DNA of 64,000 bases from an uncultured bacterium (lineage in GTDB: Bacteria; Planctomycetota; UBA1135; UBA2386): contig CALCZA010000053.1 of the NCBI GenBank assembly GCA_937906475.1, positions 31,392 through 95,391 of the forward strand. Reading direction: 5' to 3'. Positions 9,889-20,915 of the stretch are shown in pieces (position 1 is the first letter of the stretch; every line of letters starts with the position of its first letter). Under the pieces are notes generated by a model. That model worked only from the letters and a program-made list of their open reading frames with translations, was not told the DNA's origin and ran no database searches. The translations under genes were made by a program, and so were the position numbers.

Positions 9889-10131
9889 GCGGCAACGTTT
9901 CTAGTCGTCTCCGGCGAAGCGGCGACACCGAAGCGCGGCGCCTAACTAGCTGCCGATCACAGCGCTACTAGCTCAGATCCCGCAGCGACGACCTTGCCGG
10001 CCGCTTGCCCGAGCAACTCCTGCTCCGGAACTTCCGTGCGATTCTTCACTGGGCCGAAGTGACTTGTGGGGTCGACCCTCGCCATCTGCAGAAATGCGGC
10101 CCGCAATGCTCGACTGTGGGCCACTAGCAGC

Positions 10132-10482
10132 ATGATCGCTCGCACGTTCTTGTTGCTACTCCTCGGCGCCACGTTTGGCGAAGCAGTCTCCGCGCAGAGC
10201 ACCTGCGTCAACTCCGGTTCGACGCCGGCCGCAGCGGCGTTCTGGCCAAGCCCATTGGCACTCGGGTGTGTCGGCGCGCCCAGTTGGCCGATGTGGCACC
10301 AATTCGTGCCACCCCATCGAATGCCATCACCTCACGTCGGCTTTCGGCCTGGTCGCGCCGAAGCGGTGCCAGTGATTATGGTGCAGTACCGGTGCACGGG
10401 CTTGTTGCTGTCGCCAGTCGTCGCATCTGGGTTCGTCAACATGGGCTACGTCATCGATATGCCCGAATACCCGTGCCACTGA
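10132..10482 (+). CDS. small secreted Cys-containing hypothetical protein
   Basis: Internal ATG of ORF 10066..10482. The signal peptide MIARTFLLLLLGATFGEAVSAQ is followed by a 4-Cys mature region. Confidence 0.5.
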   Translation: MIARTFLLLLLGATFGEAVSAQSTCVNSGSTPAAAAFWPSPLALGCVGAPSWPMWHQFVPPHRMPSPHVGFRPGRAEAVPVIMVQYRCTGLLLSPVVASGFVNMGYVIDMPEYPCH

Positions 10483-10507
10483 ACACCCGTGTAACCGGTG
10501 ACGAGCT

Positions 10508-11854
<1,347 letters not shown>

Positions 11855-11939
11855 GCGCGGCCGACAGTAGCGCCCAGGCGGCCGTTCGGAACCGATTCTC
11901 GCTCCTCAGTGTCTCAGCGCTGTTACTCCGAGTCACTTA

Positions 11940-14900
11940 TCAGGCTGGCTGGTGGACGGCGGCGGCTTTGTCATCGCTCAGTTGGTCTTCCAGATCGCGC
12001 CGACGAGCCCCGGGAGAACCGGTGAAGCGGGCGATCAGGCCGTAAGTTCCAGGCACGACCAGCAGTGTGGTCAGGGTCGCAACGGTCACGCCAGAGAGAA
12101 CGACGAGGCCAATGGCGACTCGGCCTTCCGCGCCAGCGCCGCTGGCGAGCACCAACGGAATGGCGCCGAGTGACGTCGACATGCTGGTCATCAAGATCGG
12201 ACGCAGGCGCAGCACGCTGGCATCGATAACGGCATCGCGCCAAGCTCGGCCTTCGTCACGTAGCTGGTTCGCGAACTCAACGATCAGAATGCCGTTCTTG
12301 GCCGCGAGCCCGATCAGGATCACCATTCCGACCTGGCTGTAGATGTTGACCGTGGCGCCACCAAGCTTGAGACCGAGCAGGCCACCGAACAGTGCCAGTG
12401 GCACCGTCAGCAGGATGACCAGCGGTTGCAGGAAGCTCTCGAACTGCGCGGCCAATACAAGGTAGACGAGCAGCAGCGAGATCAAGAACGTCATCATCAG
12501 CGCGTCCGATGACTCGACGAACTCGCGACTCTGGCCACCGTAGGCGATACCAGGTTGGTTGTTGAGTTCGTCACGCACCACGCCACGCAAGAACGTCAAC
12601 GCTTCGCCTAGCGTGTAGTCCTCCGCCAAGTTGGCGCTGATCGAGATGGCTCGCAGGCGATCCCATCGGTTGCGCGAAGCGGAGTCAGCAAACTCGCGAA
12701 CAGTGACGACGTTGGCCAGTGGTAGCAACTGCCCGCTCGTTTGCGAACGCACGAAGATCTGCTCGATATCGGCAGGTGAACGCTTGTTGCGATCCTCAGC
12801 CTCCAACACGACATCGTATTCTTCGCCGCGCTCAACGAACGTCGTGACGCGGCGGGAGCCCATCATCGTCTCAAGCGTGCGGCCGATCTCGACCGCCGAC
12901 ACCCCGAGATCGGCGGCGCGCGCGTTGTCGATGACTACTTCGAGTTGCGGCTTGGTCTCCTCGTAGTCACTATTGACGGCAACCAAACCTGGGTTCTTGC
13001 GCGCAGCCGAGATCACAACGTCACGCCAAATGGCTAGCTCTTCGTAGGTCGAGCCAGTCAGCACAAACTGCACGGGCTGGCCCGAACGCCGCAACAAACC
13101 TGATTCAGCGATGCAGAACGCGCGATAGCCCGGGATCGCCCCAAGCTTCCGGTCGACGTCCGCCATGATCTCTTTGGTCGTGCGCTCGCGCTCGCCCCAC
13201 AGCTTCAACAGCACGGTGCCGAACGCAGAGTTGACGCTACCACCAGATCGCCACGAACCAGGAACGCGCATCAACACACGCTGCGCTTCGCCCGATTCGA
13301 TCAACTCCAGCATGACCTCTTCACCTTGCGCACCGGCGGCGAGAGCATTGCCGAATGACGCGCCCTCGGGGCCCTTCATGCTGATTCGGAACGAACCTCG
13401 ATCCTCTTGCGGTGCGTATTCCCGCGGCAACGCGGCGTAGAGACCGCCGATCGACAATGCTAGGCCGGCGGCGATGCCGATCGCGGCAAGCGGTTGCCCG
13501 ACGATACCTTCGAGCAGCCAGCGGTAGAGGCGCTGCACCGGCGTAAACAGGGAATCGACGAACCGCATCATCAACGGCGGTTTGCCTCCACGCAGCAGCA
13601 TCGAGCACATCACCGGTGTCAACGTCAACGCGACGACCGTCGACAGCACTACGGCGCCAGCTAGAGCCAGCGCGAACTCGGTAAACAAGCGGCCGGTGTT
13701 GCCTTCGACAAAGGTCACTGGCACCAACACGGCGACAAGCACGACCGTGGTCGCGACCACGGCGAACGCAACTTGGCGCGTGCCCAGGTATGCCGCGCGC
13801 AGCGGGGTTTCGCCATTGCGAATGCGCCGCGACACGTTCTCAAGCACAACGATGGCATCATCGACCACCAAGCCAATCGCCAACACGAGGCCGAGCAGCG
13901 TCAGTAAATTGATCGAGAAGCCCAACTGGTCGAGCACGAAGAACGTGCCCACCAACGACACCGGCACCGTCAGCGCCGGGATCATGGTTGCGAAGCCACT
14001 GCCCAAGAACAGGAAGATCACCAACACGACCACGAGCGCCGTGATGAACAACGTGCGATACACCTCGCCGATCGCCGCGCGGATATAGACCGACGAATCG
14101 CTACTTGGGTAGAGCTTGATGTCGGAGGGCAACGTCTTGTTGATCTCCTCCATCTTCTTGCGCACGCCATCTACGACCGACACGACATTGGCCTTGGCCT
14201 GCGCCAGGATGCCGATGCCGACCATGTCCTCGCCGTTGCGACGAAACACATTGCGGTCATCCGACGGGCCAACCTCAATGCGCGCTACGTCGTGCAACCG
14301 CAACAGGTGCCCAACATCTCCCCGAGCGATCACGAGGTTGCCGAACTGCTTCGCCGTCTTGTAGCGCCGAGCAACGCGCACGGTGAACTCGCGATGGACC
14401 GACTCGACACGTCCCGCCGGCAGTTCCACGTTTTCGCGGCGCAAGCTCTGCTCGATATCACCAGCCGTCACGCCCGTAGCAGCCATCGCTTCGCGATCTA
14501 GCCAGACGCGCATCGCGTAGCGGCTACCACCGCCATAACGCACATCTGCGACACCCTGCACGTTCGAAAACTGGTCGGCGATGTAGCGATCGAGGTAGTC
14601 TGTCAGCTCCAACGCATCGCGCACTGGTGACGCCAAACTCATCCAGAAGATTGTGTCCGAACCGGACTGTGCTTTGCTGACCGCCGGCGGATCTACTTCT
14701 TCTGGCAAGCTGCTCAACACGCGCGAAACGCGGTCGCGAACATCATTAGCGGCAGAATCGATGTCGCGATCGAGCACGAACTCAATATCGATAGATGAAC
14801 GCCCATCGGTCGTCTGCGACGAAACCGTGCGGATGCCATCGATGCCGCTGATCGCGTTCTCGATGACTTGAGTCACGCGCGACTCGATGACCGCAGCTGC

Positions 14901-15062
14901 GGCACCGGGATAACTCGTACCGATGCTGACGCGCGGTGCATCGATGTCAGGCAACTCGCGCATCGACAGACGTAGCATGCCAACGATGCCGAGCGTCACG
15001 ATCACCAAACTCAGAACCGACGCCAGCACGGGTCGGCGCACTGCAAGGTCGGACAGGATCAC
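11940..15062 (-). CDS. RND efflux transporter permease (AcrB/HAE family)
   Basis: 1040 aa with the canonical RND N-terminus (ILSDLAVRRPVLASVLSL), 12-TM architecture and two large periplasmic loops. The GTG start overlaps the adaptor stop (GTGA). Confidence 0.9.
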   Translation of the reverse strand: MILSDLAVRRPVLASVLSLVIVTLGIVGMLRLSMRELPDIDAPRVSIGTSYPGAAAAVIESRVTQVIENAISGIDGIRTVSSQTTDGRSSIDIEFVLDRDIDSAANDVRDRVSRVLSSLPEEVDPPAVSKAQSGSDTIFWMSLASPVRDALELTDYLDRYIADQFSNVQGVADVRYGGGSRYAMRVWLDREAMAATGVTAGDIEQSLRRENVELPAGRVESVHREFTVRVARRYKTAKQFGNLVIARGDVGHLLRLHDVARIEVGPSDDRNVFRRNGEDMVGIGILAQAKANVVSVVDGVRKKMEEINKTLPSDIKLYPSSDSSVYIRAAIGEVYRTLFITALVVVLVIFLFLGSGFATMIPALTVPVSLVGTFFVLDQLGFSINLLTLLGLVLAIGLVVDDAIVVLENVSRRIRNGETPLRAAYLGTRQVAFAVVATTVVLVAVLVPVTFVEGNTGRLFTEFALALAGAVVLSTVVALTLTPVMCSMLLRGGKPPLMMRFVDSLFTPVQRLYRWLLEGIVGQPLAAIGIAAGLALSIGGLYAALPREYAPQEDRGSFRISMKGPEGASFGNALAAGAQGEEVMLELIESGEAQRVLMRVPGSWRSGGSVNSAFGTVLLKLWGERERTTKEIMADVDRKLGAIPGYRAFCIAESGLLRRSGQPVQFVLTGSTYEELAIWRDVVISAARKNPGLVAVNSDYEETKPQLEVVIDNARAADLGVSAVEIGRTLETMMGSRRVTTFVERGEEYDVVLEAEDRNKRSPADIEQIFVRSQTSGQLLPLANVVTVREFADSASRNRWDRLRAISISANLAEDYTLGEALTFLRGVVRDELNNQPGIAYGGQSREFVESSDALMMTFLISLLLVYLVLAAQFESFLQPLVILLTVPLALFGGLLGLKLGGATVNIYSQVGMVILIGLAAKNGILIVEFANQLRDEGRAWRDAVIDASVLRLRPILMTSMSTSLGAIPLVLASGAGAEGRVAIGLVVLSGVTVATLTTLLVVPGTYGLIARFTGSPGARRRDLEDQLSDDKAAAVHQPA

Positions 15063-16129
15063 TGCTTGTCTCCGTCGCGAACTGCGACGACTTCTACTTC
15101 GGTGCCATCACGAACGCGCACGAGGCCTTCGACAACGACACGCTGTCCTTCCTCCAAACCGGCCAAGACTTCAACGCGACCAACGCGACGGCGACCGACG
15201 GTGACGTCTACTTGACGCGCCACGGAGTCCTCGCCAACCACGAACACAAAGTGCTTGTCGCCCTTTTGGACGAGGGCATCTTCAGGAACCTGCCGCGAAG
15301 GTGCTTCGCCACGATCGACATCAACTTTCATCAACATGCCCGGGCGAAGCATCAGCTCCGGGTTGGTCACAACGGCGCGAATCGTCGCCGAGCGTGTCTT
15401 GGCATCGAGCCGCGTATCAACCGCCGTCACCTTGCCAAGAAACGTCTCACCCGGCCAAGCGTCGCTAAGCGCACGCACCGGCTGGCCAACGCGGATCGCC
15501 GACAACCAGGTCTCGGGGATGGTGAAGTCGACCTTCACTACCGATAGGTCGTCGAGCGTCGTGATCACCGTGGTCGGCCGCAGCAAAGAACCGACGCTGA
15601 CACGGCGCAAACCGAGCACGCCAGAGAACGGCGCCTTCACATTGTGGTCACGAATGGCTACTTCAAGGGTCACGACACGCGCTTTCGCGGCATGCATCTG
15701 GGCCAACGCCGTCTGCACTTCGCTGTCCGGTGAGATACCCTGCTCTTGCAGTTCGACCGAGCGGCGGTGCGCGGTTTCACGTTCAGTCAGCAACGCCTTG
15801 GCTTCAACGAGTCGCGACTGCTCTTCGCTCGTTTCCATCTCGAGCAGCAACGCATCCTTCTCGACATGTTGTCCATCAGAGAAGTAGATGGCCTTGACGA
15901 GGTCGCTGCGGTTGGCAGTCAAGCGCACGCTCTCATTAGCGACCGCTGTGCCGAGCGCCGCCAACGTACTCGAGAACGGCGCGTCGACGACGAGAGCAAG
16001 GATGACTGGCGTCTTGCTCGCTATGCGTCGCGATTCTTTGCCCGCCACCTCGTTCTTGGCGAAGTAGCCGAACCAAAGGCCTGCGCAGACCGCAAGCACA
16101 GCAAACATATAGGCGACGAAGGCACGCAT
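15059..16129 (-). CDS. RND efflux periplasmic adaptor (membrane fusion protein)
   Basis: HlyD/AcrA-like lipoyl and beta-barrel regions. I place the start at the ATG giving MRAFVAYMFAVLAVCAGLWF (TM anchor). The ORF itself extends to 16252. Confidence 0.8.
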   Translation of the reverse strand: MRAFVAYMFAVLAVCAGLWFGYFAKNEVAGKESRRIASKTPVILALVVDAPFSSTLAALGTAVANESVRLTANRSDLVKAIYFSDGQHVEKDALLLEMETSEEQSRLVEAKALLTERETAHRRSVELQEQGISPDSEVQTALAQMHAAKARVVTLEVAIRDHNVKAPFSGVLGLRRVSVGSLLRPTTVITTLDDLSVVKVDFTIPETWLSAIRVGQPVRALSDAWPGETFLGKVTAVDTRLDAKTRSATIRAVVTNPELMLRPGMLMKVDVDRGEAPSRQVPEDALVQKGDKHFVFVVGEDSVARQVDVTVGRRRVGRVEVLAGLEEGQRVVVEGLVRVRDGTEVEVVAVRDGDKQ

Positions 16130-16544
16130 GGATGCACGATAGACTACCCGAGAACGCACCATTCGACCGCTGCAACAAGTCGCGGAGATGTCGCAATCAC
16201 CAAGCAACTTGCGAGCGGTTGCTGGCGACGACGATTGCATCTTCCGTCGCACCGCGACATCCGGCCATCCCGGACTCCGAGCGATGTCGACGCACCAGCG
16301 TACGCAGTTTTCATCGCGGCGGTCCAGCGACCATCGAATGCTCTCCTGACTAGTCCGGATGCCAACTCATTTTGCCGCCATCCCGCGCCAATAGTATGGC
16401 GATGCTCGCGGCCGAAATCGATATCACCAGAGGAGCACGCCTCGGCTTCCATGCTGGCCGGTTGCGCCTCGAGCACACCGACAGGATCAAGGCCGACCGC
16501 GACCGCCTCATGAAACGGTCGGCACCTTTGCCTATGGTGAGCGC

Positions 16545-17525
16545 GTGCAACCTCTTTGCCTCGTAACCGGTGCCAGCAGTTTTGTCGCCCGCGCGCTGGT
16601 GCCACGACTCGCAGTCGGCCGTCGACTGCGCTTGCTAGTTCGTCCGGGGCAACATCTCACCCACTTCCAAGGCATCCCGCACGAACGGGCCGAGGGTCGA
16701 CTCGAAGACGAAGCCGCACTCGCCGAAGCCCTTCGCGGCGTCGACCACGTCGTGCACCTCGCCGCGCTCGTATCGTTTCGCCCAGCAGATCGCGCCGCAA
16801 TGTTTGTAGCCAACCGAGACGGCACCGAACGTCTCGCGCAATTGGCATTGATGGCAGGCGTGCGTCGCTTCCTGCACGTCTCAACGATTTCGGCGGTCGC
16901 CTACTCGAACGAACCCGTCGAACTGAACGAAGACACGCCGTTCAACTTCGGACCGCTGCGCATCGGCTACAGCGACAGTAAGTTCGCCGCCGAACAACGC
17001 GTCCTCAATGCCGCTGGCAGTGGTCTCGACGCAGTGATCGTCAACCCACCATCGATGTATGGGCCAGGCGACCGGCGCAAGGGTGACGGTTCATTGCTCG
17101 GCGCGGTCATGCAAGGCAAGGTCAAGATGGCACCGCCAGGGGGCACCAACGTCGCGAACGTCGACGATGTTTGTGATGGCATGATCGCAGCACTCGAACG
17201 CGGGAGAACCGGCGAACGCTACATCCTCGGCGGCGAGAACCTCACCGGCATCGAGTTACTACAGCGCATCGCCACAGCCGTCGACGGTCACGCGCCAACA
17301 CGCAAAGCACCCCGTTCGCTGCTTGGCATCGCTGCACGAGCGCTGCGCATCAAGGAACGGATGTTTGGTAGCACCTCGGCAATCACGAGCGAGATCCTGC
17401 AACTCACTCGTTTGCACATGTGGTATTCGAGCGCTAAAGCCGATCGCGAACTCGACTGGCGCGCAGGTTCCGTCGACGCCGGCATCGAAGCGGCGTGGCG
17501 CGAGATCGGAGCAGCGCACGACTAG
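16545..17525 (+). CDS. NAD(P)-dependent epimerase/dehydratase family protein (extended SDR)
   Basis: 326 aa. It has the N-terminal VTGASSFVARAL Rossmann motif, a YSDSKFAAE catalytic Y..K, and a GTG start. Confidence 0.75.
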   Translation: MQPLCLVTGASSFVARALVPRLAVGRRLRLLVRPGQHLTHFQGIPHERAEGRLEDEAALAEALRGVDHVVHLAALVSFRPADRAAMFVANRDGTERLAQLALMAGVRRFLHVSTISAVAYSNEPVELNEDTPFNFGPLRIGYSDSKFAAEQRVLNAAGSGLDAVIVNPPSMYGPGDRRKGDGSLLGAVMQGKVKMAPPGGTNVANVDDVCDGMIAALERGRTGERYILGGENLTGIELLQRIATAVDGHAPTRKAPRSLLGIAARALRIKERMFGSTSAITSEILQLTRLHMWYSSAKADRELDWRAGSVDAGIEAAWREIGAAHD

Positions 17526-17667
17526 CGACAAAAAATAGCCACCAGCCTGTCACCGTGGGCGACTTCAAGTCCCTGTATAGGTGGCGGTAGTTGCTTATGA
17601 AACGCGACTGCCGCTCGCTCGCGACAACGAGTGCCTGCCACGTTTCACGATTGAGAGGAGGAGAGTC

Positions 17668-18087
17668 ATGAGTTCACGTTCCCTTTTGTTCGCTGTGTTC
17701 ACGCTGCTGTTTGCTGCCGCGATAACTGCTCAAGGCACTTGCCCCAAGAAGCAGGCTAAGTTCATTCCCGAGGCATTGACGATGCACGGCGAACTTCCTT
17801 GCTCCGGCGGAACCGTCAGTTTTGGTGGCTTGACGATCTCGTCGGCCCAAATCGCGTGCCCCATTTTCGCGACTCATACCATGCCTCATGAAGTCGAGGT
17901 CGACGCACTCACAGAGACGATGGTCGAGGTCACTGGCAAGGCCTCCTCGTGGATCTACTACTTCGAGTGCCAACAAGACTGGTTCCTGATCGTGCCATGG
18001 GGCAGCAGTTGCTTGATGAAAAGCACGCTCGCGGGAGCCAGTCTGCCACGCTACCGAACCGTGCCATGTGGGCCGATCACCCCCTAG
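17668..18087 (+). CDS. small secreted Cys-rich hypothetical protein
   Basis: The ATG is preceded by GAGAGGAGGAGAG (a strong SD). It has the signal peptide MSSRSLLFAVFTLLFAAAITAQ and 7 Cys in the mature part. GC3 is visibly lower than in neighbouring genes. Confidence 0.65.
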   Translation: MSSRSLLFAVFTLLFAAAITAQGTCPKKQAKFIPEALTMHGELPCSGGTVSFGGLTISSAQIACPIFATHTMPHEVEVDALTETMVEVTGKASSWIYYFECQQDWFLIVPWGSSCLMKSTLAGASLPRYRTVPCGPITP

Positions 18088-18147
18088 CCCCCCACTGAAG
18101 AGTCCCCGGCATCACTCGATGCCGGACCCCATTTCTGTGGAGGATCC

Positions 18148-19644
18148 ATGCCGCAACAAGAGTCATCGGGGTCGCACAAGTCGACCGTTCTGTTTCTAGC
18201 CTGCCTGACCGCATGCATAGCCATGGGTGCCGTCATCATGTGGCCCACTCCTGAGCCTGATACGGAGGCAACGATAGAAGTCTCATCCAACAACCAACCT
18301 TCGCCCGGCACCGCCTCGACGCCAATCGAACGACAAATCTCAAATGACCGCTCCGACGCCACCGCGCCCGACAAGGCCGTGGACGACACTGCGCCGCCAC
18401 TCGTCTTCCGAGAGTCCGTAGCCCAACTCTGCACAATGGGCCTGCGAACTGCGGAACTGGCGCAGGAAGACGAAGTGGAAGCCGCGCAGCAACTCAACGA
18501 AGAGGTGCGCGACCTGCTTGGCAACGTGCTAAGCCACTTCGCCGACGCCGGCGAACGCAGCCTAGCGATGCTCGTGGAGATGTCGGGCGGCCCCGAAGTA
18601 AGCGAGCAATCAGCACTCGACAACACCAAGTTGGGCGTCTTGCAACTGCTACTGCAAGCTGAGTTAACTCGCCGCAACCAACTCGCCGACATCGCGGCAG
18701 ACCGATCCCGCATCAATGCACTGGTGCAAGCGATCCTCGACTCGATGCCGATCGGCAACCTCACGACGGAGATGGGCAACCGATGCCTGCACCAGGCTCC
18801 CTACCTTCGTATCGCACACGAGCCAAGCGTCTTGAACTTGCTGAGGTTGGCGGGCGAAGACCAGTTCCCGCGCAACGTCGCCACCAACATGTTGATGACA
18901 CTGTGGGACAACGTCAAAGAAGCGGGTGAACGTTCTTCGGAGGATCTCTCGCAACTCGCGATGTTGCGACTGGACAGCAGCGACCCGAGCGAAATCGTTG
19001 CCGCCTGCCGCCAATTGCTCGCCGACGAGAAGTACCGCGCGGTTGTCCTGAGTTGGTTGCGCGATCGCAAGGACACGCAGATCGCTCTCGCCATCGCCCA
19101 GATCGCTGCGAAGGAGTTGCCAGTAAATGACGGGATCGCCGTGCTCGGCGAGTTAGCCCCGCTACTCAAGCACACTCGCGGCACCTACATGTCGTTAGGC
19201 CTTCGCTCCCCGCACGCTGTTTCGGAGGCCTACCGAAAGCACCTCGCCGCCAACACCCACCCGGATATTCGCCGAGAATTGATCATGGGCGTCGGCATGA
19301 TCCCAGACGCGGCTGGCCTCCCCGTTGCCGAACTGGCGCTTGCTAACGACCCATCAGCAGAGGTTCGAATCCAGGCGATGTATGTGTTCACCGTTCACGC
19401 GACACCCGAAGCGTGCGAGCGAGCGATCAATCGGTTGCTCGACGACCCCGAGATCGCCAACAACCAATCACATCTCGGCTCCATCGTGTTGGCCCTTCAG
19501 AACCTTGAGAAGGGGGACCCCAACAGAATCGCCAGGCTTGGCGCTCGACTGCAAAGCCTGCCGCTCGCCAACTACAGCCGCGCAAGCCTCAAAGAGATCC
19601 TCGATCGAGTGCTGCCCGGCGGGGCGCCGACCAGTGGCGGCTAG
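18148..19644 (+). CDS. membrane-anchored helical-repeat (HEAT/ARM-like) hypothetical protein
   Basis: 498 aa. It has an N-terminal TM (VLFLACLTACIAMGAVIMW) followed by an all-helical repeat-like sequence (e.g. DPSAEVRIQAMYVF). Confidence 0.65.
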   Translation: MPQQESSGSHKSTVLFLACLTACIAMGAVIMWPTPEPDTEATIEVSSNNQPSPGTASTPIERQISNDRSDATAPDKAVDDTAPPLVFRESVAQLCTMGLRTAELAQEDEVEAAQQLNEEVRDLLGNVLSHFADAGERSLAMLVEMSGGPEVSEQSALDNTKLGVLQLLLQAELTRRNQLADIAADRSRINALVQAILDSMPIGNLTTEMGNRCLHQAPYLRIAHEPSVLNLLRLAGEDQFPRNVATNMLMTLWDNVKEAGERSSEDLSQLAMLRLDSSDPSEIVAACRQLLADEKYRAVVLSWLRDRKDTQIALAIAQIAAKELPVNDGIAVLGELAPLLKHTRGTYMSLGLRSPHAVSEAYRKHLAANTHPDIRRELIMGVGMIPDAAGLPVAELALANDPSAEVRIQAMYVFTVHATPEACERAINRLLDDPEIANNQSHLGSIVLALQNLEKGDPNRIARLGARLQSLPLANYSRASLKEILDRVLPGGAPTSGG

Positions 19645-19829
19645 GGCGCGGCCGTCAGGACACAACGGCGTGTTAACACTGCGTGAGAGGCCAGGCGCTA
19701 TCACCCGGGCGCACATAGCGGTCGCAGAATTGGCCTAGACAGCCACATTGCGAACCAACTCGTGCTCCACGAAACTTGGTGGAGCGGAAGTAGTGACGGT
19801 CTAGCCGGCTCGCCGGCGACCAGTCGTGT

Positions 19830-19994
19830 CTACTTCTTCTTCTCGATGTGCTTGGTGTGCTTGCGCAGGCGTGCGCAATACTTATTCAGCTCGAGCTTGG
19901 GAGTGCCGGGCTTCTTCAGCAAGGTGTAGTTGCGATCGCCGGATTCCTCACAGACGAGGAAGACGACTTCTTTCTTCTTCTTAGGCTTTGCCAT
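19830..19994 (-). CDS. rpmG: 50S ribosomal protein L33
   Basis: The internal ATG of ORF 19830..20063 gives 54 aa: [54 protein letters not shown]. This is the typical L33 pattern. Confidence 0.85.
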   Translation of the reverse strand: MAKPKKKKEVVFLVCEESGDRNYTLLKKPGTPKLELNKYCARLRKHTKHIEKKK

Positions 19995-20524
19995 GACTGC
20001 GATCCGGCCCAGGAAAGGTGGGCCGAGTTGGGAGGGCGAAACAAAATAGCGACCGCCGGCCAAAGAACAAGGTCTTCCCCAAACCTGGCGGGGTCAGACA
20101 AGCCAAATGACCTCAGCAATCGAGCAGAATCACCGGCATCAGGCCGATTTGGGGGCCCCATGGGGAAATGTCCAAATCATCTGGAAAGAAGACGCTGCTG
20201 CAGCTGCCCGCGACCCCAACCGAGCTGCAGACCATTGCTGAAAGGCAGTGGCATGACCGGGTGGGAATCATCAAACCAAGCCGCTTGCAGGGACAAACGC
20301 TGGCCAGCGACTACTCCACCCAGAATGTCGAGGGTCGTCGGGAACGTGTCCTGGGCATCGATCTGGCCGAACCGCGAGACCATGGGCATGCAGTCGACCA
20401 TCGCTGGATCCGCCACACCGAACGACTGGCCGTAACCAACGAACCTCGGGCCGGGCGGGCGAGTAGGTCGGATCTAGCCCTATCCAGATTAGGACAAAGC
20501 CGAAATCGAGCCCCGAGATCGGCG

Positions 20525-20570
20525 GTGCATCCGGATCCGGTCACCCGGATCCGTGCATCCGGATCCGGTC
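20525..20570. repeat. 28-bp-period direct repeat carrying three CCGGATCC(GG) palindromes spaced 14 bp apart
   Basis: GTGCATCCGGATCCGGTC occurs at 20525-20542 and again at 20553-20570. GGATCC cores sit at 20533, 20547 and 20561. Neighbouring copies can form mutually exclusive 8-bp hairpins. Confidence 0.9.
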
Positions 20571-20627
20571 GGGGATTGCCAGTGCACAGACTCCGCGCGC
20601 TGGGATTCTGCCCCTGCGGCATGACGC

Positions 20628-20667
20628 AGGAGAAAATGAGAAGGGCCCGGTCCCCACCGGGCCCTTC
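20628..20667 (-). terminator. intrinsic-terminator-like hairpin (minus strand)
   Basis: Perfect 12-bp stem GAAGGGCCCGGT/ACCGGGCCCTTC (20640-20667) with a CCCC (GGGG on the minus strand) loop. On the minus strand it is followed by TCATTTTCTCC. No annotated minus-strand gene lies upstream of it. Confidence 0.55.
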
Positions 20668-20915
20668 AGAGGGTCGTCCGCAACTCAACGCTCCCTACTT
20701 CCTTTCCGACTTCTGTATCGGCCTTCGCATGGGGCAAACATGAGCAAGGAACTCGGCTGCCTCAGGTCGGCAGGGCCAATCCGGGCGCAGTAGCCCATTT
20801 GCAGCAGCCACAATCAAGCGGCGACGCCACCGTCGGCAATCAAATCAGCACGGTGTTCGCCTACTCTCTCGGACGAACGTTGCGAAATGCCGCCCACCTG
20901 CGCGAGCATGCTCAC

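Noticed and set aside
16130-16252. 41-codon N-terminal extension of the RND adaptor ORF.
   Set aside because: The extension (MRRKMQSSSPATARKLLGDCDISATCC...) precedes a canonical Met-anchored TM helix (MRAFVAYMFAVLAV...). The shorter form is typical of membrane fusion proteins.
19362-19372. GGTTCGAATCC (a perfect T-loop consensus) suggesting a tRNA.
   Set aside because: It lies inside the well-supported 18148..19644 CDS (encoding AEVRIQA). The flanking bases do not form a T-stem or acceptor stem.
20525-20570. Repeat/spacer periodicity (28 bp) as a CRISPR array.
   Set aside because: There are only two full 18-bp units with a 10-bp 'spacer' that is itself a partial repeat. No cas genes are present. 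It is far too short and regular for CRISPR.
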